From the NCBI GenBank assembly GCA_002500135.1, contig DLSM01000003.1, forward strand, positions 12,100 to 76,099: DNA of 64,000 bases, in the 5' to 3' direction. The translations under genes were made by a program, and so were the position numbers. This document shows, piece after piece, positions 57,311 through 64,000 of the stretch. How positions within the stretch are numbered: position 1 is the stretch's first letter; every line of letters starts with the position of its first letter. A model generated the notes under the pieces. That model was not told the origin of the DNA. It worked only from the letters and a program-made list of their open reading frames with translations, and did no database searches. The stretch comes from Christensenella sp. UBA7862 (lineage in GTDB: Bacteria; Bacillota; Clostridia; Christensenellales; UBA1242).

Positions 57311-57520
57311 ATGTTGATTATGGAACTGAGCAAAAGATTAAAGGAACTTAGGAAAGAAAAAGGAATTTCTCAGCGGGAGTTAGCAAGTGAAATTGGTGTG
57401 ACGCAAAAAGCGATTGACTTTTGGGAAAAGGAGATAAATGAGCCAAAAGCGAGTTATGTTGTGGCACTTTGCAAGTATTTTGCCGTTCCAAGTGATTATT
57501 TGTTAGGACTTATTGATTAA
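57311..57520 (+). CDS. XRE-family helix-turn-helix transcriptional regulator (Cro/CI-like, 66-69 aa)
   Basis: LKELRKEKGISQRELASEIGVTQKAIDFWEKE. Alternative start at ATG 57320. Divergent from the giant surface protein gene. Confidence 0.85.
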   Translation: MLIMELSKRLKELRKEKGISQRELASEIGVTQKAIDFWEKEINEPKASYVVALCKYFAVPSDYLLGLID

Positions 57521-57524
57521 CGAC

Positions 57525-57553
57525 AAAAAACACCGACCTCTGTCGGTGTTTTT
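57525..57553. terminator. Bidirectional terminator between the XRE gene (+) and rpsT (-)
   Basis: A6-CACCGAC-CTCT-GTCGGTG-T5. Confidence 0.75.
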
Positions 57554-57571
57554 AAAAACCCATAAAATATT

Positions 57572-57910
57572 TTACTCTTCCACTTTTTTGGCTCTTGATT
57601 TCTTAGGTTTTTCTTCAGTTTCTGTTGGTTGTTCTTTGCTTTCAGATGCTGCTTTTGCTTTGTTAAGGAGCAAGTTAAGACGAGCAATCTTTCTGCTGGC
57701 TGTGTTTGCATGAATAACACCCTTGCTCTTTGCAGAGTCAATGTAAGATGTTATGTCAACAAGCATAGCTTCTGCCTTTTGAACATCTTGACCAACAACA
57801 ACTCTGAAATTCTTAATCATTGTTGCCATTGTGGACTTGACATATCTGTTTTCTTCCTTTCTTCTAGCGGAAACTAAAACCATTTTCTTTGCTGATTTGA
57901 TATTTGGCAT
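57572..57910 (-). CDS. rpsT: 30S ribosomal protein S20 with a Lys/Glu-rich C-terminal tail
   Basis: Start at ATG 57910 (MPNIKSAKKMVLVSARRKEENR) after AGGAG. Confidence 0.95.
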   Translation of the reverse strand: MPNIKSAKKMVLVSARRKEENRYVKSTMATMIKNFRVVVGQDVQKAEAMLVDITSYIDSAKSKGVIHANTASRKIARLNLLLNKAKAASESKEQPTETEEKPKKSRAKKVEE

Positions 57911-58033
57911 TGCTAACTCCTTTTTAATACTCGTCAATTCTAGCATATTGAAATTTAATTTGCAACCCTTTTTTCAATCTTTTTTAACAAAATTTTTACA
58001 AACTTCAAACAATTTTGCCATTTCGCCCCAATT

Positions 58034-59008
58034 TTAGCCATTCAATATGCTTGCCACAAGGTAGCCCACTGCATTTTTGGCGTCCATTTCCCCACTTTTT
58101 GTTGCATATTCTGTTTTTGCACACAAGTCAAACGCTCTTTTAAGTTCCACTTGACTGAAATTTTTAAGTTGTGCTTTGTATTTTGAAATTGCAAACTCTT
58201 TTACGCCAAGATATTTTGAAAGTTCTGCCACACTGCAACTGCTCCTTGCAATAAAGAACAATCTTCTGAAATGCGACTGCATGGTGGATATGATTTTTGA
58301 GGGTTGTTCCTTGTTTTTTAGCATTGCGTCAATAAGAGCAAAGGCTTTATCCCCATTTTTCTCACTTATAGCGTTTGTTAGGTCAAAAATTACATATTCA
58401 AGGTCTTTTGTGACGTAATTTTCCACATCTTCTGCCCGAAGTGTTGCTCCCGAGCCGATTATTGCCGATATTTTGTCAATTTCTGTGTCGAGTTTGGTGA
58501 TGCTGTTGTTGCAATATTCGACAAGTTTCAAAACTGCCGCCCTGTCTGCCACAATTCCTTTTTCATTTAGTTTGCTTTCCACAAAGTTGTTCAAAAACGC
58601 TGGACTTGGCTTTTCGCAATCGATATTTTCAACTTTCCCTTCAAGGCTTGTAAAAAACTCACTTTTCATTGTGGAAAAGAACACAAGACAAGTTGTTGGG
58701 TTTGGTTTTTCAAAGTATTTTAGGAAAATTTTTCTTTCACTTTCGTTTTTCTTGCCCAAATAGTCGTGGACAACAACCAATCGTCTTGCATCACAAAATG
58801 GCAAAGCTTGGCAACTTTCAACAATCGCCCCCGCACCCCTTGTGTAGTCGTCCATAAAGACGTTTTTATTAAAGTCTGGCAAAGTGATATTCAAAGTCTT
58901 TTCGATTTTTGATAAAGCCCCAACAGTCAGCAAACTTTCGCCACCGTTTATAATATACACACTTCCTACACCCATTTTTAGTTTGTTATCCAAATCTTCG
59001 TATCTCAT
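58034..59008 (-). CDS. holA: DNA polymerase III delta subunit
   Basis: 324 aa. Position between comEC and rpsT as in Bacillus. N-terminal VYIINGGESLL pattern. Confidence 0.8.
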   Translation of the reverse strand: MRYEDLDNKLKMGVGSVYIINGGESLLTVGALSKIEKTLNITLPDFNKNVFMDDYTRGAGAIVESCQALPFCDARRLVVVHDYLGKKNESERKIFLKYFEKPNPTTCLVFFSTMKSEFFTSLEGKVENIDCEKPSPAFLNNFVESKLNEKGIVADRAAVLKLVEYCNNSITKLDTEIDKISAIIGSGATLRAEDVENYVTKDLEYVIFDLTNAISEKNGDKAFALIDAMLKNKEQPSKIISTMQSHFRRLFFIARSSCSVAELSKYLGVKEFAISKYKAQLKNFSQVELKRAFDLCAKTEYATKSGEMDAKNAVGYLVASILNG

Positions 59009-59050
59009 AATTTCTCCTTAATTATACTCTAACCCATAAAAAAGCAATAT

Positions 59051-60673
59051 TTATCCGCATTTTTGTGCCAAAAAGACACCACTCGGCAAACTCCGATGGT
59101 TTATTCTTGCTTCCTCGCCAAAGAACTCCAAATCTGTCATAAATAGCGAAAAAGATATGCACAAAACTATGACCATGGCAACTATTGCCCTAGTCCTTCC
59201 GTCTACCACCAAATATTTGCTCCCGCACCACAAAAGAGCCATGTATAAAACTATTGAAAGCACATTTACGCCGTTATACTCAATGCTACTTCCCGGCAGT
59301 GAGATAATCAATTCATTGAAATACACAAACAAGTCAAAGAGTATCCCTGGTGCTTTTAGAATGAACCCTAGTGACGGGATTATCATAACAATTATGTTGC
59401 AAACAAACAAAAATGTGTAAAAAAGAGTGAAAAGTGGAATTAAAAACAAGTTTGCGAGCATTGTCCAAGTTGTGACGCAGCCAAAGTAATAAAACATTAT
59501 TGGAAGCACTCCAATTTGGGCGGAAAGAGATAGTTTTGTGACATTCCAAAACTCTTGCATAAAAGCACTTTTGAACTTGACAAAGCCAAAAATTCTTGAC
59601 ATTGTAATTATGCCAAAAACCGCTGCAAATGACAACTGAAACCCCACTGCAAAAAGCATTGTTGGCGAGAAAGCTAGCAAGATTATCCCCGCAAGGCTTA
59701 GGGCGTTTAGCGAGTCATATTTCCTTTCAAAAAGTTTGGATAACAAAAGGCAAATTGACATTACACTGGCTCTTGCGACAGACGGTGTGAAAGAGCATAA
59801 AACGCAGTAGCCAAGCAGAAATCCAGAGATTAAAAAGAACTGAACTTTGCCACCAATTTTGAGTTTTGAGAGAAGCCACGCAATAGCCGCCACAAGAAGC
59901 CCCACATGCAAGCCAGACACAGCAAAAAGATGCATAACACCACTTTGCTTAAAACTATCCAAATCATGCGTTGGCACCGTTGCCCTGTCGCCATACAAGA
60001 TTGAGTAACAAATGTTGCCATTCCTTTCGCCTAGGTTCTTTACCAAATAGTCAAGGTTGTTCTCATGAAAACTTTCAATTATATTCTTATCGACCTCAAC
60101 CTTAACAGGTGTTGAATCTGATGAAACATACATTTTATACTTGTTGTCACTGTAAAAATTATTTTTTCTATCCGAATCCGAATTCTTTTTGTTGTTTTTT
60201 ACAATTTTCCCAACAAAAGCAATTCTGTCAAATCTCTTAAACTCAAATAGTGGCGACGAGCCGTTGACAAATATTGAGCCGCCATCCTTAAGCTTGCATG
60301 CTTCCGAATTTTCATCCTGCTTATACTCTAAATCTCGAAAATAATATAAATAATCACCAGAACTTGTCATGCTGATTTTATCCAGTGTGGCAACAATAAC
60401 TACCTGACCACTAGGCAAAACACTTTCCTCAAAATTCTTAACATTTATGTATGCATACACCGACACGCCGCACAAAATTATGAAAGATATGCCAAGCAGC
60501 ACAAAGCGTTTTTTTATTCCGCAATACAAAAAATATGCAACGGGAAAAACTAGCAACACAAGATATATTTTGTCGCTATATGCCCTCACCGCTCCAAAAA
60601 TGCACAGCATAACAAGCAAAAAGAGGAAGAATATTGCCCTAAAATTACATATTTTTCTAAATTTCGTCATCAT
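59051..60673 (-). CDS. comEC: ComEC/Rec2-family DNA uptake channel protein, short form
   Basis: Polytopic. AVSGLHVGLLVAAIAWLL competence-domain motif. 540 aa from ATG 60673. No C-terminal metallo-beta-lactamase part. Confidence 0.85.
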   Translation of the reverse strand: MMTKFRKICNFRAIFFLFLLVMLCIFGAVRAYSDKIYLVLLVFPVAYFLYCGIKKRFVLLGISFIILCGVSVYAYINVKNFEESVLPSGQVVIVATLDKISMTSSGDYLYYFRDLEYKQDENSEACKLKDGGSIFVNGSSPLFEFKRFDRIAFVGKIVKNNKKNSDSDRKNNFYSDNKYKMYVSSDSTPVKVEVDKNIIESFHENNLDYLVKNLGERNGNICYSILYGDRATVPTHDLDSFKQSGVMHLFAVSGLHVGLLVAAIAWLLSKLKIGGKVQFFLISGFLLGYCVLCSFTPSVARASVMSICLLLSKLFERKYDSLNALSLAGIILLAFSPTMLFAVGFQLSFAAVFGIITMSRIFGFVKFKSAFMQEFWNVTKLSLSAQIGVLPIMFYYFGCVTTWTMLANLFLIPLFTLFYTFLFVCNIIVMIIPSLGFILKAPGILFDLFVYFNELIISLPGSSIEYNGVNVLSIVLYMALLWCGSKYLVVDGRTRAIVAMVIVLCISFSLFMTDLEFFGEEARINHRSLPSGVFLAQKCG

Positions 60674-60809
60674 TTTCAAAACTACTTTTTCATTCTACAC
60701 GACTTAGACAAAATAGTCAAAATATTTTTTTGAAAAAAAAAGTTGACAAATCTATTGCTTTTTCTTTTTAATTTTGCTATTATTATCTCGGTTGCAAAAG
60801 CAATCGCTT

Positions 60810-60884
60810 GCCATCATAGTATAATGGTTAGTACACTGGCCTCTCACGCCGGCAATGCGGGTTCGAACCCCGCTGGTGGTACCA
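60810..60884 (+). tRNA. tRNA-Glu(CUC), CCA encoded
   Basis: 75 nt. Acceptor GCCATCA/TGGTGGT (G1-U72 and U5-G68 wobbles). U11-A24 and U13-G22 D stem. Anticodon stem CTGGC/GCCGG with loop CTCTCAC. 4-nt variable loop. T arm GCGGG-TTCGAAC-CCCGC. Register verified against ORF 60743..60931. Confidence 0.85.
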
Positions 60885-60941
60885 TATTTCTTTGTGAAAT
60901 AATATCCGCAAGTTTTTCTTGCAAAAGTTGAGGAGGAAAAA

Positions 60942-61046
60942 ATGGATTATCAACCAGATTTACCAGGGATAAATTGGGACCAAGCCTGCAATCCAGACCA
61001 ACCTGAATTTGATTTCACATATGATTCTGATGACGATGAGGAATAA
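60942..61046 (+). CDS. Candidate 34-aa highly acidic micro-protein
   Basis: MDYQPDLPGINWDQACNPDQPEFDFTYDSDDDEE. Strong GAGGAGG RBS 5 nt upstream; the stop is embedded in a strong terminator. Too short for the ORF track. Confidence 0.4.
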   Translation: MDYQPDLPGINWDQACNPDQPEFDFTYDSDDDEE

Positions 61047-61075
61047 ACAAGGCTTCGGCTTTGTTTATTTTTTTT
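61045..61075 (+). terminator. Rho-independent terminator
   Basis: AAACAAGGC-TTCG-GCTTTGTTT followed by A-T8. Confidence 0.7.
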
Positions 61076-61137
61076 GTATAATTCGTCCATTTAATACCCC
61101 ACAAAGTATGATAAAATTCAGAAAATTTGGAGGGATT

Positions 61138-61386
61138 ATGAAAAATCTTTCACTTTATGACATTGAACTTTTAAGACCATTTGTTGGAATCCAAAACGAC
61201 ATATCGTCTGTTATAAGATTTCCTGAAATGGCAGAATCATATGCAAAGTTAAAATCTGTTATATCAGAAGATATGAGCCACGTAGAATCTGTTATGCTTT
61301 CAAAATATGTCCGCACAAAATCTCTTGTAGAAAGCAAAATATCCGCATGGACAAGCAAGAGGGCTCTTCTTTGTAACAAATTTTAG
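61138..61386 (+). CDS. Hypothetical 82-aa protein
   Basis: ATG 61138 after GGAGGG (MKNLSLYDIELLRPFVG...). TATAAT at 61077..61082 upstream. No recognisable family. Confidence 0.5.
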   Translation: MKNLSLYDIELLRPFVGIQNDISSVIRFPEMAESYAKLKSVISEDMSHVESVMLSKYVRTKSLVESKISAWTSKRALLCNKF

Positions 61387-61400
61387 CAAAATTTTGTTAT

Positions 61401-61444
61401 ATTTTTGCATAATTTTTGCATAATTTTTGCATAATTTTTGCATA
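61401..61444. repeat. Perfect tandem repeat, 4 x 11 nt (ATTTTTGCATA)
   Basis: Read directly. Register fixed by the stop of ORF 61009..61386. Confidence 0.9.
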
Positions 61445-61454
61445 AAAAAACCTT
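61430..61454. repeat. 25-nt sequence CATAATTTTTGCATAAAAAAACCTT, copy 2 of 2
   Basis: Identical to 12858..12882. Confidence 0.85.
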
Positions 61455-61472
61455 CAAAATTGAAGGTTTTTT
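61444..61472. terminator. Bidirectional terminator between the 82-aa ORF (+) and aspS (-)
   Basis: A7-CCTTCA-AAAT-TGAAGG-T6. Confidence 0.7.
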
Positions 61473-61478
61473 GCTTTT

Positions 61479-63245
61479 TTATTCTGGTTTTTCCACCGGA
61501 ACGAGTTTGATGTGAACATCTTCTAATTGTTGTGGGAAAACTTCGTTTGGAGCACCCATAAGTGGGTCTTGAGCGGACTTATTAAGTGGAAATGCGATAA
61601 CTTCTTTTATGCTATCTTCGCCACACAAGAACATAAGAAGTCTGTCAAAGCCAATGGCTGCGCCAGCGTGTGGAGGTGCACCATAACGGAATGCATTGTA
61701 AAGTGCTGGAAATTTGCTTTCCACAACATCTTGTGAATAGCCTGCAATTCTAAAGGCTTCGACCATAATTTCTGGATTGTGATTTCTCACTGCCCCACTT
61801 GCAAGCTCAACGCCGTTTAGAACAAGGTCATATTGATAAGCCAAAATATCAAGTGGTTTTTTGTTTTTCAAAGAGTCCATTTCGCCTTGAGGCATGGAGA
61901 ATGGGTTGTGTGAGAATTCCACCTTCCCTTCGTCATCTTCCTCATAGAATGGGAAATCAACAACAAAACAAGGCTTAAAGCAAGTTTTATCAATGAGGTC
62001 AAGTCTTTCGCCAAGTTCATTTCTAAGAAGTCCTGCAAGTTTCATGGCTTTTATTCTCTTTACATCAGCAACGATAAAGACTGTATCGCCAGCGACAAGG
62101 TTTAGTTTTGCATTAAGTTTGTCAAAGTCGTCTTCACTAAAATATTTTGCAGCAGGACCACTTAAGACTTCACCGTCATATTTAAGATAGACAAGTCCAC
62201 CAGCACCTTGAAGTTTAAGGAAGTCGGTGACTGCGTCAAAAAATCTTCTTCCCATGTTATTTGCTTGAGCTTTAATCGCAAATATGTTTTTGCCACTGAT
62301 AACGGAAAAGTTGTGAGATTTGAATTCGTCAGTCAAATCGACAAGGACAAGTGGGTTTCTGAGGTCTGGTTTGTCTGAACCGTATGTGAACATGGAATCC
62401 CAAAATTTTATTCTCCTGAATGGTGGCTTGTCAACGGACAATGTGCTGAAATGCGTAAGGGTGTTGTAAAGCACTTTTTCCATAACATCTAGGACGTCTT
62501 CTTGCGTTGCGAAACTTAGTTCAAAGTCAAGTTGATAAAACTCACCTGGGCTTCTGTCCGCACGGGCATCTTCATCCCTAAAGCAAGGAGCAATCTGGAA
62601 ATATCTTGAAAAGCCACTAAGCATAAGAAGTTGTTTGAATTGTTGTGGACTTTGTGGCAAGGCATAGAACTTTCCTGGGTTAAGTCTGCTTGGAACGAGG
62701 AAGTCCCTTGCACCTTCTGGACTTGACGAGGTGAGAATTGGGGTTTGAATTTCCAAAAATTCAAGTTCCCTCATTTGCTGACGTAGAAATTCAAGAAGTT
62801 CTGCTCTTAAAATGATGTTTTTCATATTCTTCTCATTTCTTAAATCGAGATATCTGTATTTTAATCGGGTATTTTCGTTTTGGTCACGTGCTTTTAAAAT
62901 TTCATAAGGCAAAATCTCACTGCATAGTCCCAAAATTTTGACACATTTTGCCAAAATCTCAATTTCACCCGTTGCCATGTCTGAATTGATGTTTTTTTCG
63001 CCTCTTGAGCGGACAATCCCTGTTATTGTGGCGGTGCTTTCACGAGTTAGACCTTCAACAAGTTTTTCATCTTCCACAAAAACTTGCACAACACCGCTTT
63101 GGTCACGAATAGTCAAAAATGTTAGACCACCCATTTTTCTGATGTTGTTGACCCAGCCAGCAACTCTGACTTCTGCCCCAATATGTTTTGTGTTCAAACT
63201 TCCGCACATATGGCTTCTATAAATGTTATTTTTCAAACTAATCAT
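61479..63245 (-). CDS. aspS: Aspartyl-tRNA synthetase
   Basis: Start at ATG 63245 ([17 protein letters not shown]) after AGAGGA. Class II motifs FRDED and GGLVYLK; C-terminal GFDRL. Confidence 0.95.
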   Translation of the reverse strand: MISLKNNIYRSHMCGSLNTKHIGAEVRVAGWVNNIRKMGGLTFLTIRDQSGVVQVFVEDEKLVEGLTRESTATITGIVRSRGEKNINSDMATGEIEILAKCVKILGLCSEILPYEILKARDQNENTRLKYRYLDLRNEKNMKNIILRAELLEFLRQQMRELEFLEIQTPILTSSSPEGARDFLVPSRLNPGKFYALPQSPQQFKQLLMLSGFSRYFQIAPCFRDEDARADRSPGEFYQLDFELSFATQEDVLDVMEKVLYNTLTHFSTLSVDKPPFRRIKFWDSMFTYGSDKPDLRNPLVLVDLTDEFKSHNFSVISGKNIFAIKAQANNMGRRFFDAVTDFLKLQGAGGLVYLKYDGEVLSGPAAKYFSEDDFDKLNAKLNLVAGDTVFIVADVKRIKAMKLAGLLRNELGERLDLIDKTCFKPCFVVDFPFYEEDDEGKVEFSHNPFSMPQGEMDSLKNKKPLDILAYQYDLVLNGVELASGAVRNHNPEIMVEAFRIAGYSQDVVESKFPALYNAFRYGAPPHAGAAIGFDRLLMFLCGEDSIKEVIAFPLNKSAQDPLMGAPNEVFPQQLEDVHIKLVPVEKPE

Positions 63246-63288
63246 AATTTTCCTCTTTAAGTGTATAATAGATTTCTTATCCAAATAA

Positions 63289-63317
63289 ATTATATCATCT
63301 TGGGAATTTGTTGTCTA
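63289..63317 (-). promoter_or_regulatory. aspS promoter
   Basis: Minus strand TAGACA-17 nt-TGaTATAAT. Leaves a leader of only about 35 nt. Confidence 0.6.
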
Positions 63318-63469
63318 TATTTTTTTGACAAAAAGCGGTTAAAGTTTTAAAAATTTTTCTTTATGCCACAAAATTCTCCTGCAAACCATACATTTTAGCT
63401 AAAAAATTGGGTATTTCTGTGCAGAAAACTGCATTTATTTGTGCAAAGTTACAATAAATTGACAACCTA

Positions 63470-63498
63470 TTGACAAGAAGTAAAAAATGATATATAAT
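63470..63498 (+). promoter_or_regulatory. Consensus promoter of the terminal + strand ORF
   Basis: TTGACA-17 nt-TATAAT. A second TTGACA lies 11 nt upstream. Confidence 0.65.
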
Positions 63499-63529
63499 AC
63501 AGGCAATAAAAACTTAGGGGGAAAATATT

Positions 63530-64000
63530 ATGGGAGAAAAAAAAGAAAAAAAGGCTACAAGTTCAATCACAAATAAGGCATCAAGAAAAGTTAAACAGGG
63601 CTTTATGACTGTTGGTGCTGGAGCTTTCATTGTAGGTGCTATTGCTTCTGCGGCTTTGGGTGGTGGCAGGTCTAAATCGATAGACGAAAAAGCCCTTGAA
63701 GCACTTAACGATTTTAGCAAACCAAGGAACACTCAAACTACGCAAGGTGAAATATCTTCTGATGTTATAATTGCTCTTCCAACCGCTCCAGCAACAACTG
63801 AAAAAGTTAAAACAGAACAAGGAATTGTGGAAGTTAAAACTCAAGAAGTTGTGACAGAAGAAAATCAACCTGGACTTTTTATCAATGTTAAAACAGAGAA
63901 ATCAAAGGAAGATAAGATTGCTCAATATTTGCAAAATCGCAAAGAAGAAAAAACTGAAATAAAAAACGAAACAACTCAACATGTTTCTGCTGAGAAAATT
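63530..64000 (+). CDS. Membrane-anchored protein of unknown function, 3' end off the window
   Basis: Absent from the ORF track (no stop). ATG 63530 after GGGGGA. MGEKKEKKATSS...GFMTVGAGAFIVGAIASAALGG (one TM), then a K/E/T-rich region. Open to nt 64000. Confidence 0.6.
   Translation, partial: MGEKKEKKATSSITNKASRKVKQGFMTVGAGAFIVGAIASAALGGGRSKSIDEKALEALNDFSKPRNTQTTQGEISSDVIIALPTAPATTEKVKTEQGIVEVKTQEVVTEENQPGLFINVKTEKSKEDKIAQYLQNRKEEKTEIKNETTQHVSAEKI

Noticed and set aside
60810-60884. An apparent 8-nt anticodon loop (frameshift-suppressor-like) in tRNA-Glu
   Set aside because: It came from my own mis-indexing of one sequence row. Re-registering against the translation of ORF 60743..60931 (..STLASHAGNAGSNPAGGT..) gives CTGGC-CTCTCAC-GCCGG, a normal 7-nt loop.
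61401-61444. CRISPR array
   Set aside because: The 11-nt units are contiguous with no spacers, and no cas genes are nearby. It is a simple tandem repeat.
63246-63469. T-box leader upstream of aspS (also considered for lysS)
   Set aside because: A strong extended -10 promoter at 63289..63317 leaves only about 35 nt of leader. No specifier hairpin or T-box sequence is visible. lysS has only 26 nt of upstream spacer.

Overview
This is a low-GC, Bacillota (Firmicutes)-style chromosomal segment, with almost every gene on the minus strand.

**Core genes.** The window holds:
- a complete Enterococcus-type V-ATPase operon (ntpF-I-K-E-C-G-A-B-D);
- yceD-rpmF, tRNA-Leu(CAG), lysS, a DUF1292 gene, ruvX, rpsB-tsf, nifS-nifU and rplS;
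- the rpsP-KH-rimM-trmD-rbgA-rnhB-yraN block;
- ylxM-ffh, trxA, dprA-topA-trmFO-hslVU and comM;
- plsX-rnc-smc-ftsY, asd-dapA-dapB-lysC, rpsT-holA-comEC, tRNA-Glu(CUC) and aspS.

**ORF-track corrections.** The supplied track uses alternative start codons and often over-extends N-termini, so I re-set starts by Shine-Dalgarno context. The track also omits two ORFs that run off the window edges: 1..4383 (-) and 63530..64000 (+).

**Accessory content.**
- Three large exported repeat proteins:
  - a C1 peptidase-MBG-Flg_new protein directly after the V-ATPase operon;
  - a tandem pair, a 671-aa lipoprotein and a ~2000-aa signal-anchored protein. The pair shares a C-terminal Hint (Hedgehog/intein-type) autoprocessing module followed by a conserved domain I do not recognise.
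- A small XRE regulator, divergent from the tandem pair, with two palindromic operators.

**Most interesting signals.**
- The Hint plus post-Hint cassette pair.
- An array of 11 CxxC (DnaJ-like) motifs inside the giant protein.
- A perfect 83-nt cloverleaf inverted-repeat element between trxA and ylxM.
- A 25-nt sequence found identically beside two terminators, with an 11-nt x4 tandem array overlapping one copy.
- A PepD-like protein whose metal ligands appear substituted.

Everything comes from reading the sequence; no database search was run.
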